Source: Rhynchobatus australiae (Eukaryota). From it: 64,000 bases of DNA. Positions within the stretch are counted from its first letter, which is position 1, and every line of letters starts with the position of its first letter. The position numbers were made by a program, and so were the translations under genes. Positions 12,391-25,442 of the stretch are shown here, one piece after another. The notes under the pieces are model-generated. The model was not told the origin of the DNA. It searched no databases and saw only the letters and a program-made list of their open reading frames with translations. The DNA lies in NCBI GenBank assembly GCA_034780895.1, contig JAUZTB010000127.1, forward strand, positions 68,708,503 to 68,772,502, given 5' to 3'.

Positions 12391-13068
12391 AATTTTGGAA
12401 GGTAATAATTTTGATACGCATATCAAACATCAGTGGCACTATACTAAGGATTGAAATTGTTTTGAAAAGTTTCTATAACTCAACAAAAAAGTCTATTGCA
12501 ATGTAAGATTGGAAATTTGATACCATCCAATTGGATCCCATTAGATATTCCATTATTTGGTTGGTTCCAAATAATGGAACAAAACAGTTAAGTCTGTAGC
12601 TTTATATTAATGCCTTGGATTTTCTTAAAATGCAATCCATTTTTAAAGTTAAATCTGTGAATGTGTGGAAATTCTAAGTCTACAATTGTCTTTACACTAT
12701 ATTTGTGAAGCATGCATACTTTGTGATGTGAACTGTTGCTTTGAATCTACTGGTATTAATATTTTATGATCCTCATCAACTTTTCTATCAGTATCATTCA
12801 TATTGGCCCTTTTCAGCCTTAACTTGGTNNNNNNNNNNNNNNNNNNNNNNNNNNNNNNNNNNNNNNNNNNNNNNNNNNNNNNNNNNNNNNNNNNNNNNNN
12901 NNNNNNNNNNNNNNNNNNNNNNNNNNNNNNNNNNNNNNNNNNNNNNNNNNNNNNNNNNNNNNNNNNNNNNNNNNNNNNNNNNNNNNNNNNNNNNNNNNNN
13001 NNNNNNNNNNNNNNNNNNNNNNNNNNNNNNNNNNNNNNNNNNNNNNNNNNNNNNNNNNNNNNNNNNNN

Positions 13069-13460
13069 ATCCTTTTAGCTGCTTGTTCATGTACCTGTCT
13101 AAATATCTTGTAAAATTGCTATTGTATCTGCTTCCACCACCACTCCTGGCAGCATGTTCCAGGCATCTGCCACTCTCTATTTTTTTTAAAAGAAACAACT
13201 TGCCTCCTTAAACTTTCCCCTTCTCATCTTTAAAGCTATGACCTCCAGTATTTGACATCTCCACCCTGAGGTAAAGACTTTGCCTAGCTACCCTATCTAT
13301 GCCCCTCATGATTTAATGTACTTCTATCAGGTCACCCTTTGGCTTCTGCTCCAGAGCAAACAATCCAAGTTTGTCCAACCTCATAGCTAATGCTCTCTAA
13401 TCAGGGAACATCCTGGTGAACCTCTTCTGCACCTTCTCCAAAGCCTCCACATCCTTGAAG
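13069..13460 (-). mobile_element. CR1-type LINE 3' end fragment
   Basis: Same family text as 26920-27745 (ccctatctatgcccctcatg...aacatcctggtgaacctcttctgcacc). Confidence 0.7.
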
Positions 13461-15928
13461 TGGTATCATTCTATTTGACAGTACAACCATCTTTATATGT
13501 TCATCCAACCATCACAATTTTTTGACAGCTTTTCATTATACAAACAAGTCGCACATTTCCAAATAGTTTCCAACACCCATGTCCTTGGATGTTATATTCA
13601 ATTAGGTGAACTTGATATCCTGACAGATGCAGATGGCTGTAATTTTGTGACGACTAATTTGGTTCCCTTTGCCCCAGGGTCTTGGGACAAACTTGAATTG
13701 TTCTCTAAAAAGGAAAGGGTGCTGATTAAGTCCATTTTGACACAGGTAGCACATGGATAACTCAATACTGCTGGTTAACAATTTACATTGGTAAAGTTTG
13801 GGCCACCACCACACTTTAGATGTTAACAACAAAGCAAATCAGACTAATATTGCAAAGCCTCACTGACCAGCTGACAAGCAGTAATTTTATGTTTCATGTA
13901 ATTGGTATGGGAGAAGCACTCTATTTAAAAATCAAATGTAATTAAATGTGCAGTGACAGTAAATTTGGTTCTACCTTTCTAACGGTTTTGTATTATCCAG
14001 CTGCAATGGCAATCCAGTGTAGCACGTGGTTTTAGTTTGCTGCTTCCCCCGTTGTCATGTTTTGCAAATTAACAATAAATAATCCTAATAGCTTTCACCT
14101 AGAGTTGGTAATAACAGTCTAGCCACTGAGTGAAAGGATCATCGTTCAAGCCCCACATCAGAGGTTTGAATTGATAATCTGGGCTGCCATTTCACCTCAA
14201 TATTTGCTGCAATATTAGAGGTAAAGCTTTCTGTCGAAGACATTAAACTGAAATTCTGTATTTTCCTCTTGGAAAAATCTTAGAAGATCCAATGGTGATT
14301 TTCTAATTGAAGAGCAGAATAATGAAAAAAAATTCTTTCCCATTTGAGAATACGCCCTCAAGCTACCCTTCTCTGCCAGTGTAGATAATCAGTGGGTGAT
14401 TCCTTATGAAAGTAAACAGAATTGTCTGCAGATAACTGGTATCATTTATGCTGGTTTTGCAGTTGATGAGGAATATGCACAAGTAATTTGGAGTGCACTT
14501 GGATATTTTGATATAAAACATTTGTGAACTTTGATGCCAGTTTGTCTTGTGATGCATATTATATGNNNATGGTACTATGCAGTGAAGAATGGCTGGGTTT
14601 CAAGAAATTAAAGTGCCACTGATATTTGGAGATTGGAAACATTATTGGATCATCCATTGACAATATGGTTCAAAACAAAGGAAACAAAATAAGTCCTCAG
14701 TACTGTACTGGAATGCAGGCTGAACGTATGTGCTTAAGTGGAGCAAAACTTGAATGAAAACAGTTTCTGACTCAACGCAAGAGTGCTTCCAATTGAGGTC
14801 CAGATGTGGAGCACAGATGTGCAGAGCTAGTGTATTGACCCAAGCCTTTGTTGAATAGTTGTATTTCCTGTCAGACTTGTGATTTACATGAAATGTTTTT
14901 ATAAATTTGTAGTTCTCGTTTAACTATTTCTTCTGAATTGCTTTTCCATCCAATTCCAAACAAGAAAGCTCAAGATGGATTTATTATATAATTAGCCTGT
15001 GCTGCTATTTTCATAGTTATTTCAGCTGCAGATTTATTTTTGCCAATTCAGAAACCTTAACTCTAACAGCTATTGATAGTTTGTCCAAATGAAATAGTAA
15101 GTCTATGAAGCAGTTTTTAGACTCCCCTGCCCATCCCTCAGGATTTGCACTTCAGCACTCCTCAATATCCTGAACATTACCCAGAGTTTAGTTGCCACTT
15201 AGTACTCAAAAAAAAAAATTCCAAATCTTCATCTAAACTTCATGTTAAATCTGGTCTGAGATGGAGACAAGACAATTAGGCTCGTAAATGACTGGTCTAC
15301 AATTCCTCTTACATTGGGTATAATCAGTGGAGTCCTTAGTACTGTTTACTTCTGAAAAATTATCCCACAGTAGCTGCTCAGGTATCAGCTATGAGTAAAA
15401 CTACCTTGACCCAAAGTGCAAACGTTGCACTTCTGTGGTCATTGATTGTATTTATGCACTAGACCGCATCAGTTTGATCCATTTTTCCAAGTAAATATTC
15501 CCATAAATGTCGATCAATCTGCCAAAGAACTGCTGTAGTCAGTGTCTGTAGGTGATCTTAAAAAGATACAGCATCATCATTGCCAAAAAACAGCAAAACT
15601 TTTTGTAGCTGAAGAACTAAATCAAAGCTTTTTTCACCATTTTTGTCATGGTGAGAATAGGTCCCTACGTATACATCTTTATCATGTTAAATAATTGACA
15701 GTGTGCTCTGTATTTTATAACTTGTTCATTTTATGTTTGAGTATAGAAAATGTGGGGAAAAAATGTCATTAACGGGCCTATAAATAAACATTCTGGTATT
15801 GCAGGTAAAAAAAATGTTTTGGATGCATTGCATTAGTTTTCTCTTTTACAGTGCTGTTAATATGAATTCATTATTAACTAGTTGCAGTTATACAATGGTT
15901 TATTTAGTGGTGAATCTTGTTTTTGCAG

Positions 15929-16020
15929 TTTATCCATCTCTACAATTCCGGAAGTAAATGCTGGAACTGTCACTTGTCAGACTGTGATCCCCATTAATAA
16001 CCAGTTTCGCATTATACAAG
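15929..16020 (+). CDS. OCRL: OCRL exon 3 (PH domain): LSISTIPEVNAGTVTCQTVIPINNQFRIIQ(E)
   Basis: ttttgcag| acceptor, g|gtataag donor; VIPINNQFRIIQ matches human IIPINSHFRCVQ; phases fit both neighbours. Confidence 0.9.
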
Positions 16021-18609
16021 GTATAAGAAGCAGCAACTGTGAGAAATCTTTATACTGCATGTTCCTTTTTATCTGATGGGAAATATTAATGTATCTGTAN
16101 NNNNNNNNNNNNNNNTCTCTCATTTGTAATATATTCTACAATTTTAAATAATATGGAAATTGATATTTGTGTGATACGGTGCACCGAACCATGATGTGGA
16201 GAAATAGGATGTGAGCTTACAGTTCTGTCATGGCTTCAGCCAAGTTATTGGGCAGCTGCTGTGTGTAAACCAGAGCCTTAGTTCAGGAGGAAAAGGGAAG
16301 AAAAGTACAAAGTTTAAGCCTTGGTCATACATCTAGCATCGGGCTACCATGTGGTTCTGGATTGCATGTCTGCTCATTTNNNNNNNNNNTACTCGTGCTT
16401 TAAGAAAATCTTTTCATCGTTTTGGCCTACCAAATGACTTGAAGCAGTGGGGACAATCTTCGGCAGTAATCCTTTCATTCTCTAACTTGTTGTCTACAGC
16501 TATTACAATTCATGCACTGCACCACTACTCTCTGCTGTGAGAAAAAGCTATTGGAAGGAGAGACCAGCCTAGAAATTATACAGCACCTAAAAATGAGTGT
16601 CCCTACATTAGTTATGTGTGAGGCTGCCAGCAACCAAATTTCTGTCACTCACAAGACCCAAGATATTATGCGCAGTAGCGTAGGCCCTGCATATGTGAAT
16701 GCACACAGAGGCATTTCACCTGTTAACTTTACCATTTAATGAAGGAAGTGGGATATTATGGCTTGAGCTGGAAGGGTGAAGGAGAATACACAGGGACTGA
16801 GTAAGGAGGAGTTGGCCCGAATTCAGAGGATGTAGTAGTATCAGCGAATGAAACACCATGGGAAGGGAAGGTCAGATGTGCAGTCGATTGATGAGGTAGA
16901 GATTGGGATTGGTAGCAGCTTGACATGGGAGTAGGGACCTTAAAGCTATCAGTTGAAGTGGGAATGAAAACTAAGGAAAATACTCAAAAGTAGATCTAAG
17001 TACTAGATGATTGAACTCACGGCATCAATAAAGGCAGGTTTGTTCCCCATTAAAGCCAAATCAAGCCTCGTCTCCCTGCTTAAATCCATCTTCATTGTGA
17101 ATGGTCAATGCCAATTATGATCATCAAATGCACAGAAGACTCAAAATAAATTTACAGATTACCCAGTCTCATTTAAGACTAAATTCATTCATCAATGCTC
17201 AATATGTTGCATGATACAAAATAATTTTGAACATCAATCCATTATTCCCTGAGTTGTTCCAATATGATGCCAGAAATTAACAATCTATATGAAATAAAAT
17301 GTTATAGACTAATTTGAAATGCATTAGAAAATGCTCTGTTTTGAACTGTCTCAAACTGTTCAAACTGCTTCAGTTCAAGGGATGAGATGGATTGTAAAAC
17401 TGATAACAGATAGAATGTCACAGACACTGCCTCAGATCCTTGTACATCTAAACTTCAATATAATTGAGTAAATGCTTTCCAACCATCTGCCATCTGTCCA
17501 AATATTTATAGATAAATAATTATGACACCATAAAGCATAACAAACAGAATGTCAAGTTCATTATGGGTCTATATCATGAACTGAGAAAGAGCTTTTACAC
17601 AAATGTAGATTAGAAGTAAGATATTGGCCAATTATTATTTCAGAGTTCTCTTTTTTAAGTGGAAATGGGTGGTTTGCTGATTTATGGTGGTTATATAAGT
17701 AACTTTAGGTGGCTGACAAAACTTGCTTCATCCTGAACATGGACTCAAACACAAAGCAACTGAAAGAAAAAAATGGATTGAATTAAATTGATATCAATCA
17801 GGATCTCACTTCACGCTTTTGATAAGCAGGATGTCACTTCACGCTTTACTAACCCAGTGAACTGGAGTGGGATTAGGGTGATGGTCTAAATTATAGCCTT
17901 TATTTAATGATACCAAATTACTGACGTCATCTGTGACAGAAAGCAGCAATAATCGGAGTGTAAAGTACAGCATGCACATAAAACATGAAATCATCTTGCT
18001 GCATGTTGAAGAAATACATTTAAGTCTGAACATTTGAACTTGGAACAGAACAGTTGGCCCCATCATCAAATAAAGGAACTAATCAACAAAGATTTCAAAG
18101 CCTATATTTTCCCTATTATTTATACTTGGCAACTAAAACATGAGAAATCATTGCCCTGAAAAATTCTGTGTTGCTCTGGGATCTGTTCTGTCAGTAGTAA
18201 CCTCCCCATATGATCGGTGAGACCATCTGGGCCACAACTAAAGTAAATGGGGCAGACCAGAGTGGGAGCCTTTTCAGGTTCGCACCTGCTGGATGTAGTT
18301 TGACTCTATGCAAGGTGACTCCTTAGTTCCTTTTNNNNNNNNNNNNNNNNNNNNNNNNNNNNNNNNNNNNNNNNNNNNNNNNNNNNNNNNNNNNNNNNNN
18401 NNNNNNNNNNNNNNNNNNNNNNNNNNNNNNNNNNAAATCATTCGGTATTGCATGAAGACATTGCACAATGTCAAATCATTTCTCAACTGCTGTGTCCATG
18501 GTATGAAACAGAATTCATTGAACATAATGGGAAATTGTCTTTATCGCTAATGGTGAGCACCCACTGCTGCTTTTGGAAATCCTGATGCCAATAGGAATGG
18601 GAAACTGAA

Positions 18610-18965
18610 GAACCTGTGTGGTACATTGGTGCAACAGGTAGTGTTTCTGCTTTGCAGTTTCAGCAACCCAGGCTCAATCCTGATTTCCAAACCTGCCTAT
18701 GTTACTGTGTGGGTTTCCCCTGAGTGCTCCAGTTTCCTCCAACATCCAAACAGATGTGCTAGTTGGTAGTCTAATTGGCCACTGTAAATCACCCCAAGTA
18801 CAATTGGGTGGTAGGAGTATCAGGGTGCTGTTGATGGACATGTGGGAGAAAATGGGTTCTAGGGAAGTGTAGAGTAAAATGATTATAGAAATTACTCTGA
18901 GAGCCAGCATAGACTGGATGGGTGAAATGGCCTCCTATGTCATCAGGAAATATGAGAAATATGGG
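18610..18965 (+). mobile_element. tRNA-derived SINE (V-SINE/HE1-like)
   Basis: Box A/B-like head (ggtgcaacaggtag...caggctcaatcctg), core gtgggtttcccctgagtgctccagtttcctccaacatccaaa, LINE-derived tail ending in aaatatg repeats. Confidence 0.75.
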
Positions 18966-19959
18966 CTATGGTCCATCAATAGTTGAGGACACACGGAGGT
19001 AGGGTCTCAGTTGCTTCACTGGTATCAGACTTCCGGCTCCTCACCCTTCAACCCCACAAACCATCATAACGTGACTGTTATAAGGTAGATGGATTTGAGT
19101 ACATCTGACACATTATTGGTCTAATCTAATACTCACTTTCCTTTTCTATTGAAACAATTCAGCCTTGGCTGTCTTCAGAAAACTTATTTTTGACATATCT
19201 GTTCATTTTTACCACCAACCTAAATCTAACCTTTTGAATATACATCTTGCAGCTCTCCCAAAGCACCCTGTTCACATCCTTGCCTACCTTCTGCTGTACC
19301 TAATTGTGACCCTGGTGAATCTTCTTTTACTTTCCTTGATGCTTGTTGTTGAGGTGCATCTGTATAATTCAATTTTACTACAGCTATAGTGCTTTTCTTA
19401 ATCCAGTCATCTCCAAGCCATCTCTTTCCTTCATCCGTGTTCAAGTTGATAATATCAGCTCAGCCCTTATCCTGATAATCATATTTGTTAATAGGTTTCC
19501 TGTAAGACATCTGTGTTATAAATGAGTCAAAATGTCTCCAACTGAAAATCAGGAAGACCAAAACATAGCTGTTTGTTTCTGGTATAAAGTTAGTTCTTTT
19601 ATCATTCATCTGTATGGTTTTTACTATATCCACTTCTTCAAATGGATATGGTAAGACAATACAGTTGAATAGCAAAAGAACAACTATCTCCAGGGTCACT
19701 GACTTCCACATGTAAACTTTCCTGCTGCTTTACCTTCACTGACATCCTCTGTTTTCAAAGTAATTTATAGGAAACTCCTCTGCCATCTTTCATCCAATTC
19801 TTCCAAGACCCATTTGCTTATTGACCTGTGTTGTATCCTGGTCCTACAATACATTGAGTTTAAAAATCCTGTCCCTGTCACATTTCTTCATGCCCACCAA
19901 CAACCTAATTCTATCTGTCCATCTCTCTATGTATTGTGTCATTCTGTGCAACTGAGAAT

Positions 19960-20089
19960 ATGCTAGGGGCAGTCTGCAAGTGTCACCACTCTTCCAGCAC
20001 CAACATAGTGTGCCCACAACTCCTAGCCTGTATGTCTTTGGAATGTGGGAGGAAACCGGAGCACCTGGAGGAAACCCACACAGACACAC
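19960..20089 (-). mobile_element. SINE core fragment
   Basis: tgtgggaggaaaccggagcacctggaggaaacccacacagacac is the reverse V-SINE-like core; it runs into a gap. Confidence 0.7.
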
Positions 20090-20357
20090 NNNNNNNNNNN
20101 NCTCAGTTAGTCTCTTCATTCCTCTGGTTTCCTTTTCTTTCTTCCTCTTCTGCACTCTTTAACCTTCCAACTTTAGTCTTTTGTGCAACTCTTCCTATTA
20201 TTGATAGAAAAGACTTGTGCCTCATATCAATAAAAGTTTCATTTCCTAAAATCTAAACAGTTGGCACTGTCCATCACTACAGTGAGCGAATTTAGCTCTA
20301 ACTAATACAACAAACTGTCAGATTCTTCACCATAACCTAAGAATGTTTCAATTTCAG

Positions 20358-20396
20358 AGGCTGAAGAGGCTCTTTTGATTGATGATCCTTTTACAC
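20358..20396 (+). CDS. OCRL: OCRL exon 4 (39 nt): (E)AEEALLIDDPFT(R)
   Basis: tttcag| ... c|gtgagt; matches human EAEETLLIDIASN. Confidence 0.9.
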
Positions 20397-21639
20397 GTGA
20401 GTACCTAATTTCTAAATTTCATTGCAGAGGTGGAAGTATGGCTTTTGGTTAGATTAGTAATTGTTACATTTTTCAACAAGTATATCTTTGAACAGAATTT
20501 GGAGGCAGATATCCCACAGTTTGCCCAGTTAGTTTCCGGAGGATTTCATTGTTTTGTATACCTGTCATTGGGATGATCAGCCAACCTAGCAATGCCAGAA
20601 ACCCCCTTGCACCTTGTGCATGTGATTATATGTTGTCATCATGGGTGAAAAAGCATGGATCCATAAAAGCTCAGTTTTTTAACTTCTAGATTAGACAGTT
20701 TCTCTGAATTCTCAGCTTCCCATTAATTTTAATAAATTCCAAGGAATTTTTTTTTACCTGACCTTGGATTTTGGAAATGATAATGCACGGCTGTTTTAAA
20801 GTTGAAAATTACTGCAGTGTGATCCCTAATCTGTCAGAGATGACTGTAGCTATGGTCTAACTCGGTATATCTAATTGCTTGCCTAAGTCAAACTTGGCAA
20901 CTTTGATTTAACATTACCACATTAGTGAAAATTCAACTACGTCACTTAAGTATTTAAGACACAATGAATCTTCTTCCCTCTGTGGGGGAGAAGGTGAAAT
21001 TTTCAAGATTTCTCACGGTCTGGAAAGTTGAACTGCTCCTTTTTGTATTTGGGGGAGAAAAGATGGATTTCCAACTGAGGTGGATTGGACCACTACAAGT
21101 GAGGAGAAAAATATTTCCTTCATTCTGTATGCTGCTTATTTAGCTGATTCAGTTGTATCCATTTTTTTCTACTATTAATATTTTGCCAGCTTCCCTCAGA
21201 CAGATCAGTTGATTGCAAGCACATGGGGAATTCTGAGCTACATAATTCATCACTAGAGTCAGCTTGCTTTTCTGCGTAGTGTACCTCATTTTGATTATTG
21301 TGGTTTAAACTTTGCACTTGAGGTCTTAAGTGTGTAATTTAGGCTTATGGTCCAAGATGCATTGTTAAAGTTGTGCTTTGGAAGAGCCCTTGCACTCTTA
21401 ATTGTCAGTTCTAGTTCGGGGAGGGGGGGGGGCAGGGAGAATCAGTCCCGGGGTCGGACCCCCCCCCCCCCCGGGATATGAAAAAAAGAACATTAGTACA
21501 AGTTTCTTCAACAAACAATACAGATATAGCATTCTGGGCAAACTTCCAGATTAGCAGCCAGAACTCTGGACCATTGATTAAGAGGCACAGGTTCAACTCC
21601 CACCATGGCAGATGGAGAATTTTAATTTTTAAAAAAAGG

Positions 21640-22280
21640 AGACAAGTTAGTTTCAAGTTGGAGAGAGGTTGGAAAAGGATGGACAGGACCAAAGGAATAT
21701 CTATGATAGGGTGAGGCCATGATTGCCATGGTGATAACTGCTGATGAAGCTTTCTGGTTGATTGAGGGCAGTTGGAGAGTGAGGGAGTGCAGGTGTGGTG
21801 GGGGGGGGTCATCAAATAAACGCACAAAAGCTGAGAAATGCAGGTCAAAGCTGTAGGAAAAACCCAGCAGAGGGAAAAACCAGAATTAATATTAAAGAAG
21901 GATAATTTACAGCAGAGCTGGCCAGTTCTGTTACAGACAGAATGTAAGTTAACTGAAATGTTGCATTCAATATTGAGTCCCAGGAAACAGCATCTCAACT
22001 TCCTCGAGCTAGTGTTAAGCCTCCTTGGAACAGTGCAGGAAGCCACAGGTCAGAGTAAGAATGGTAAGGAGAATTAAAGTGAATTGGAATGTTAGGGTTG
22101 CCCCTGCGGACTGAATGCAAGTGTTCTGCAAAATTATCACCCAGTCTGCATCTGATTTCTCCAGAGCACTGAATGCAATATACTAGATTGGAAGAAATGC
22201 AAGGACGGTTTGAGTCCCTAGGTGGTGGGAAGCAATGAGGTGAAAGAACAGGTGCTGCATCTCCTGAATTTCTGGGGAAA
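21640..22280 (-). mobile_element. Penelope-like element fragment
   Basis: ORF 21995..22339 contains SSNLVYCIQCSGEIRCRLGDNFAEHLHSV...HFNS. Confidence 0.75.
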
Positions 22281-22507
22281 TGATTCAGTACTTCCCAAAT
22301 GCTTTTATAGATTACATCAGACTTTTGTATCCTGCTCAATCCAGAGCCTTTCCCTGTTTTACTGCCATTACAGCCAAAACGTGGTTCTGTTATCTAACCT
22401 AATTTTGCAAATGCTGACTTTGTTAGCCTCCCAAGTTTCAATGTTTATTAAAAATGCAATATTCTGTGGCAACAGTTCAAATTATTGATGTAATATTATT
22501 ACTTTAG

Positions 22508-22615
22508 GCTTATGTAGGGTCCGTGTTCAAGGGGACCAGGCTCACTGCTGCTTTGAACTACCAGATGACGAGTCCTGCCTCAACTTCCTCACTGAAGTGA
22601 AAAGGGTTCAACAAG
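22508..22615 (+). CDS. OCRL: OCRL exon 5 (PH domain end): LCRVRVQGDQAHCCFELPDDESCLNFLTEVKRVQQ
   Basis: ctttag| ... g|gtagac; matches human GCKIRVQGD...FEIPDEEHCLKFL. Confidence 0.92.
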
Positions 22616-23863
22616 GTAGACAAAAGCTTGGAATTTAAAACTAGAAAGAAAAGAAAAACAATTTATGGCAAATATAAGACTTGATTTATTTTCCTCCAAT
22701 AGAGTGAACAGACTAGAAAAATGTTTAAAATACAACTGTTTAAAAGTAAGATACAGTTGCTGACGAGACATTATATTAGCCCTAAATTGCAAGTGATAGA
22801 ATCTTTGTTTTATAAATATTATATACTATCCCTTGGTCCTCCCACTAAACTGCATGTAAGCCTTGAGCGCCTTGCTATTTTATAACTTCCCTGAAGTCAG
22901 GTGATCTTCAAAGTGGGCATTGGTTAATTTGGGAGGTTCAATTGAATGAAGTTAACTTGCAGTTGATTAATAATCTTGCCCTTTACAGTGTTGCATTCAT
23001 TGATGTCACATTGCAAATTCCTTTAACACACAACAAATTCTTCTCCAAGGTTTCTCTGCTGCAATCAGCCTGGTGCAGCTTGCCTGAAGGGATTTCCTGG
23101 GTAACATTTGAAGAGATCATGTTCTTCTCCTTTCAGCTGAGGTGTACTAAATGCACAGTTAAAACTTAAAAGTTGATTTCACATAGCATTTCACTATAAA
23201 CAATTAAAACAAATTGATTGGGTATACTTTAAAAGAATTGATAGATGCATTTCCATTGTTCAGTGAAAATCAGTTTGACTGACATTTACCTTAGTTCTTT
23301 AAAGTTGTGTTTACATTTGGGTTGAAGCAGTGTTGCTAGTGGCAATTGGCTATTCACAAGCAGCTATAGGTTGAAATCTATTTCGCAGAATGGTTAGATT
23401 ATTTTTGTCATATGTTCATGTAATATTTGTAAAAAGTTCACTATGGTAGTTTTTAATGACTTACAAAGTGCATAAATTGCTCTGAACAACCATCACTGAA
23501 AATAAGAATCAATTATTTAAATGGGTAATTTGAGTTTTGTGAAATTGTTGACACTTGAAGTAGATTTCTTTTCCCAACAGTAGGATCTCAAAGCATCAAA
23601 TTTGATTTAACTTCAAAATCTCCCAGCAAGGTTCTAACATTTATCAGAGTTTGCATATGAAATTAGATAACTAAATGAAACATGTTTGCTGCCACCTATA
23701 GATGGACATTAGACTGAAGAAAAACTATTGCTTTAAGTAAGATTCAGCTTTCATGTTGAGAGATTTCTCATATCTTTTAACATGAAACATTTATTGCTAT
23801 GCTTGTTTTAGTATTGGGAATTACTTGACTATTGGTCTTTTTTCTTCCCCTATTCAAAAAAAG

Positions 23864-23980
23864 CTACATTTAAAAGCACTGGTGTTGAAAAAGTGGCGAT
23901 GGATCCATTTGGAATGGAATCAGCAGGTTGGCCCCAGGTTGGCCTGTTACATGGCAAAGAAAGTGGAGCAGGTAAATCAG
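23864..23980 (+). CDS. OCRL: OCRL exon 6 (linker): (A)TFKSTGVEKVAMDPFGMESAGWPQVGLLHGKESGAGKS(G)
   Basis: Pyrimidine tract then aaaaag| acceptor; cag|gtaagg donor; open frame with phase 1/1 linking exons 5 and 7. Similarity to human is weak. Confidence 0.75.
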
Positions 23981-25333
23981 GTAAGGTCTAAGTTACTTTT
24001 AAGCATATGTCCAGAGAATGAAGGGTTAATCAGGTACCACTCTGGAATCCAAACCTACTCTAAACAGTGGGGGAGAAAGTTTAAATAGCTGGTTTAATTT
24101 GATTTAAGAATTGTTCATTGTTCCTAAAGCCAAACAGAAATGGAATTTTACAGCTACCTGCACATGTGTTTTTTGGCCTTCACATGCAAGTCTTCAAAAC
24201 AAATAAATGCAATAGATGCCCTGAATAATGACCATGCATTGAACAGTGAAATAGGCGACAACAAATAATCTGCTGGAGGAATTCCTCCAGCAGATGTTTG
24301 TTGCTCCAGATTCCAGCGTTTGCAGTCCCTTGCATCTCCAATGAAATAGGGACCTTCCACCTATACAGTACCCTTGACAGCTTTGCTATGAGCAACTGTA
24401 CCGTCTCTGGCTTCCAGAAACATTTGGAAACTGTTAAAAATTAAATAATTTTTAAATGTAATTAATTAACCACTTAAATGATTAGAAGCATCAAACAAAA
24501 GAAATAGCTAATAAACAAACTTGCTGCCATAATTCCTGTAGCTCTCTGACACCCCACCACTTCTCCCCCATTAAAATCAGTGGGATAGCCAGTTCTTACC
24601 TGATAAAGGATCTGTGAGCTGCTTGCAATCTCAGCAAGATCCAACTCAATTGCTGAACTCCATGAGAAGTCCAGCAGCAGATATTATTTAAACATATGAC
24701 TCCAACCAATGGTATGTAACTTTTGGGATTGTGTGACTACTATACACACTGCCACTTAAGTGGTAAATACCAGCTATTCCAACAGAATCTGGACATGGTT
24801 TGGGGAATGACCAAGGAGAAGACTAATAAGAAAGTGGTAAGTAAAACTTAAAGGAAATCGAAGAGTCAAGAATGAGTTTTACACCAGCCTCCAACCTACC
24901 ATGCTTTAATCTTCTCTGACTGGTAATGATCCCAACTGCAGCTTTCTGATGGCTTTCTTGCCCTGGAGCCAACTAGCTTTTCAATCTGCCCAGTTNNNNN
25001 NNNNNNNNNNNNNNNNNNNNNNNNNNNNNNNNNNNNNNNNNNNNNNNNNNNNNNNNNNNNNNNNNNNNNNNNNNNNNNNNNNNNNNNNNNNNNNNTTGGC
25101 ACTCAACAAAATATCAGGAACTCATTAGATTTTTTTTAATCTGTAGAGTTCCCTTGTTTTGGCATTTCCGAGTGTCCTGGCTACAATTATGATCTTTTGC
25201 TTTCTCAACATAAATATCATGGCTATTGCAACTTGATTAAATCTGCCAGACTCTCTCAGTTTAGGAAGAGAGTCAATGTGGTTCAAGGAAATCTTTTAAA
25301 AATTGATTACCATGCAATTTTCTTCTCCATTAG

Positions 25334-25442
25334 GGTTTGGGTTTGATGATGATTTCATTGATGTTCTAAATCTGGAAAAGAAGAATCAACAGAATCAAGC
25401 TGGAAGCAAAGTTGTACCTGTGGCAGTGTCTTCTCGTTCCAA
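25334..25442 (+). CDS. OCRL: OCRL exon 7 (linker with FxDxF AP-2 motif): FGFDDDFIDVLNLEKKNQQNQAGSKVVPVAVSSRS(N)
   Basis: cattag| ... aa|gtaaat; GFDDDF...LNLEKK matches human GFEDNF...MNLDKK. Confidence 0.9.

Noticed and set aside
14380-14527. Open stretch VDNQWVIPYESKQNCLQITGIIYAGFAVDEEYAQV as a possible exon
   Set aside because: No similarity to OCRL or any family I recognise, and exons 2 and 3 already join in frame.
18610-18700. tRNA gene
   Set aside because: The box A/B-like motifs are degenerate and run into a SINE core; no cloverleaf.
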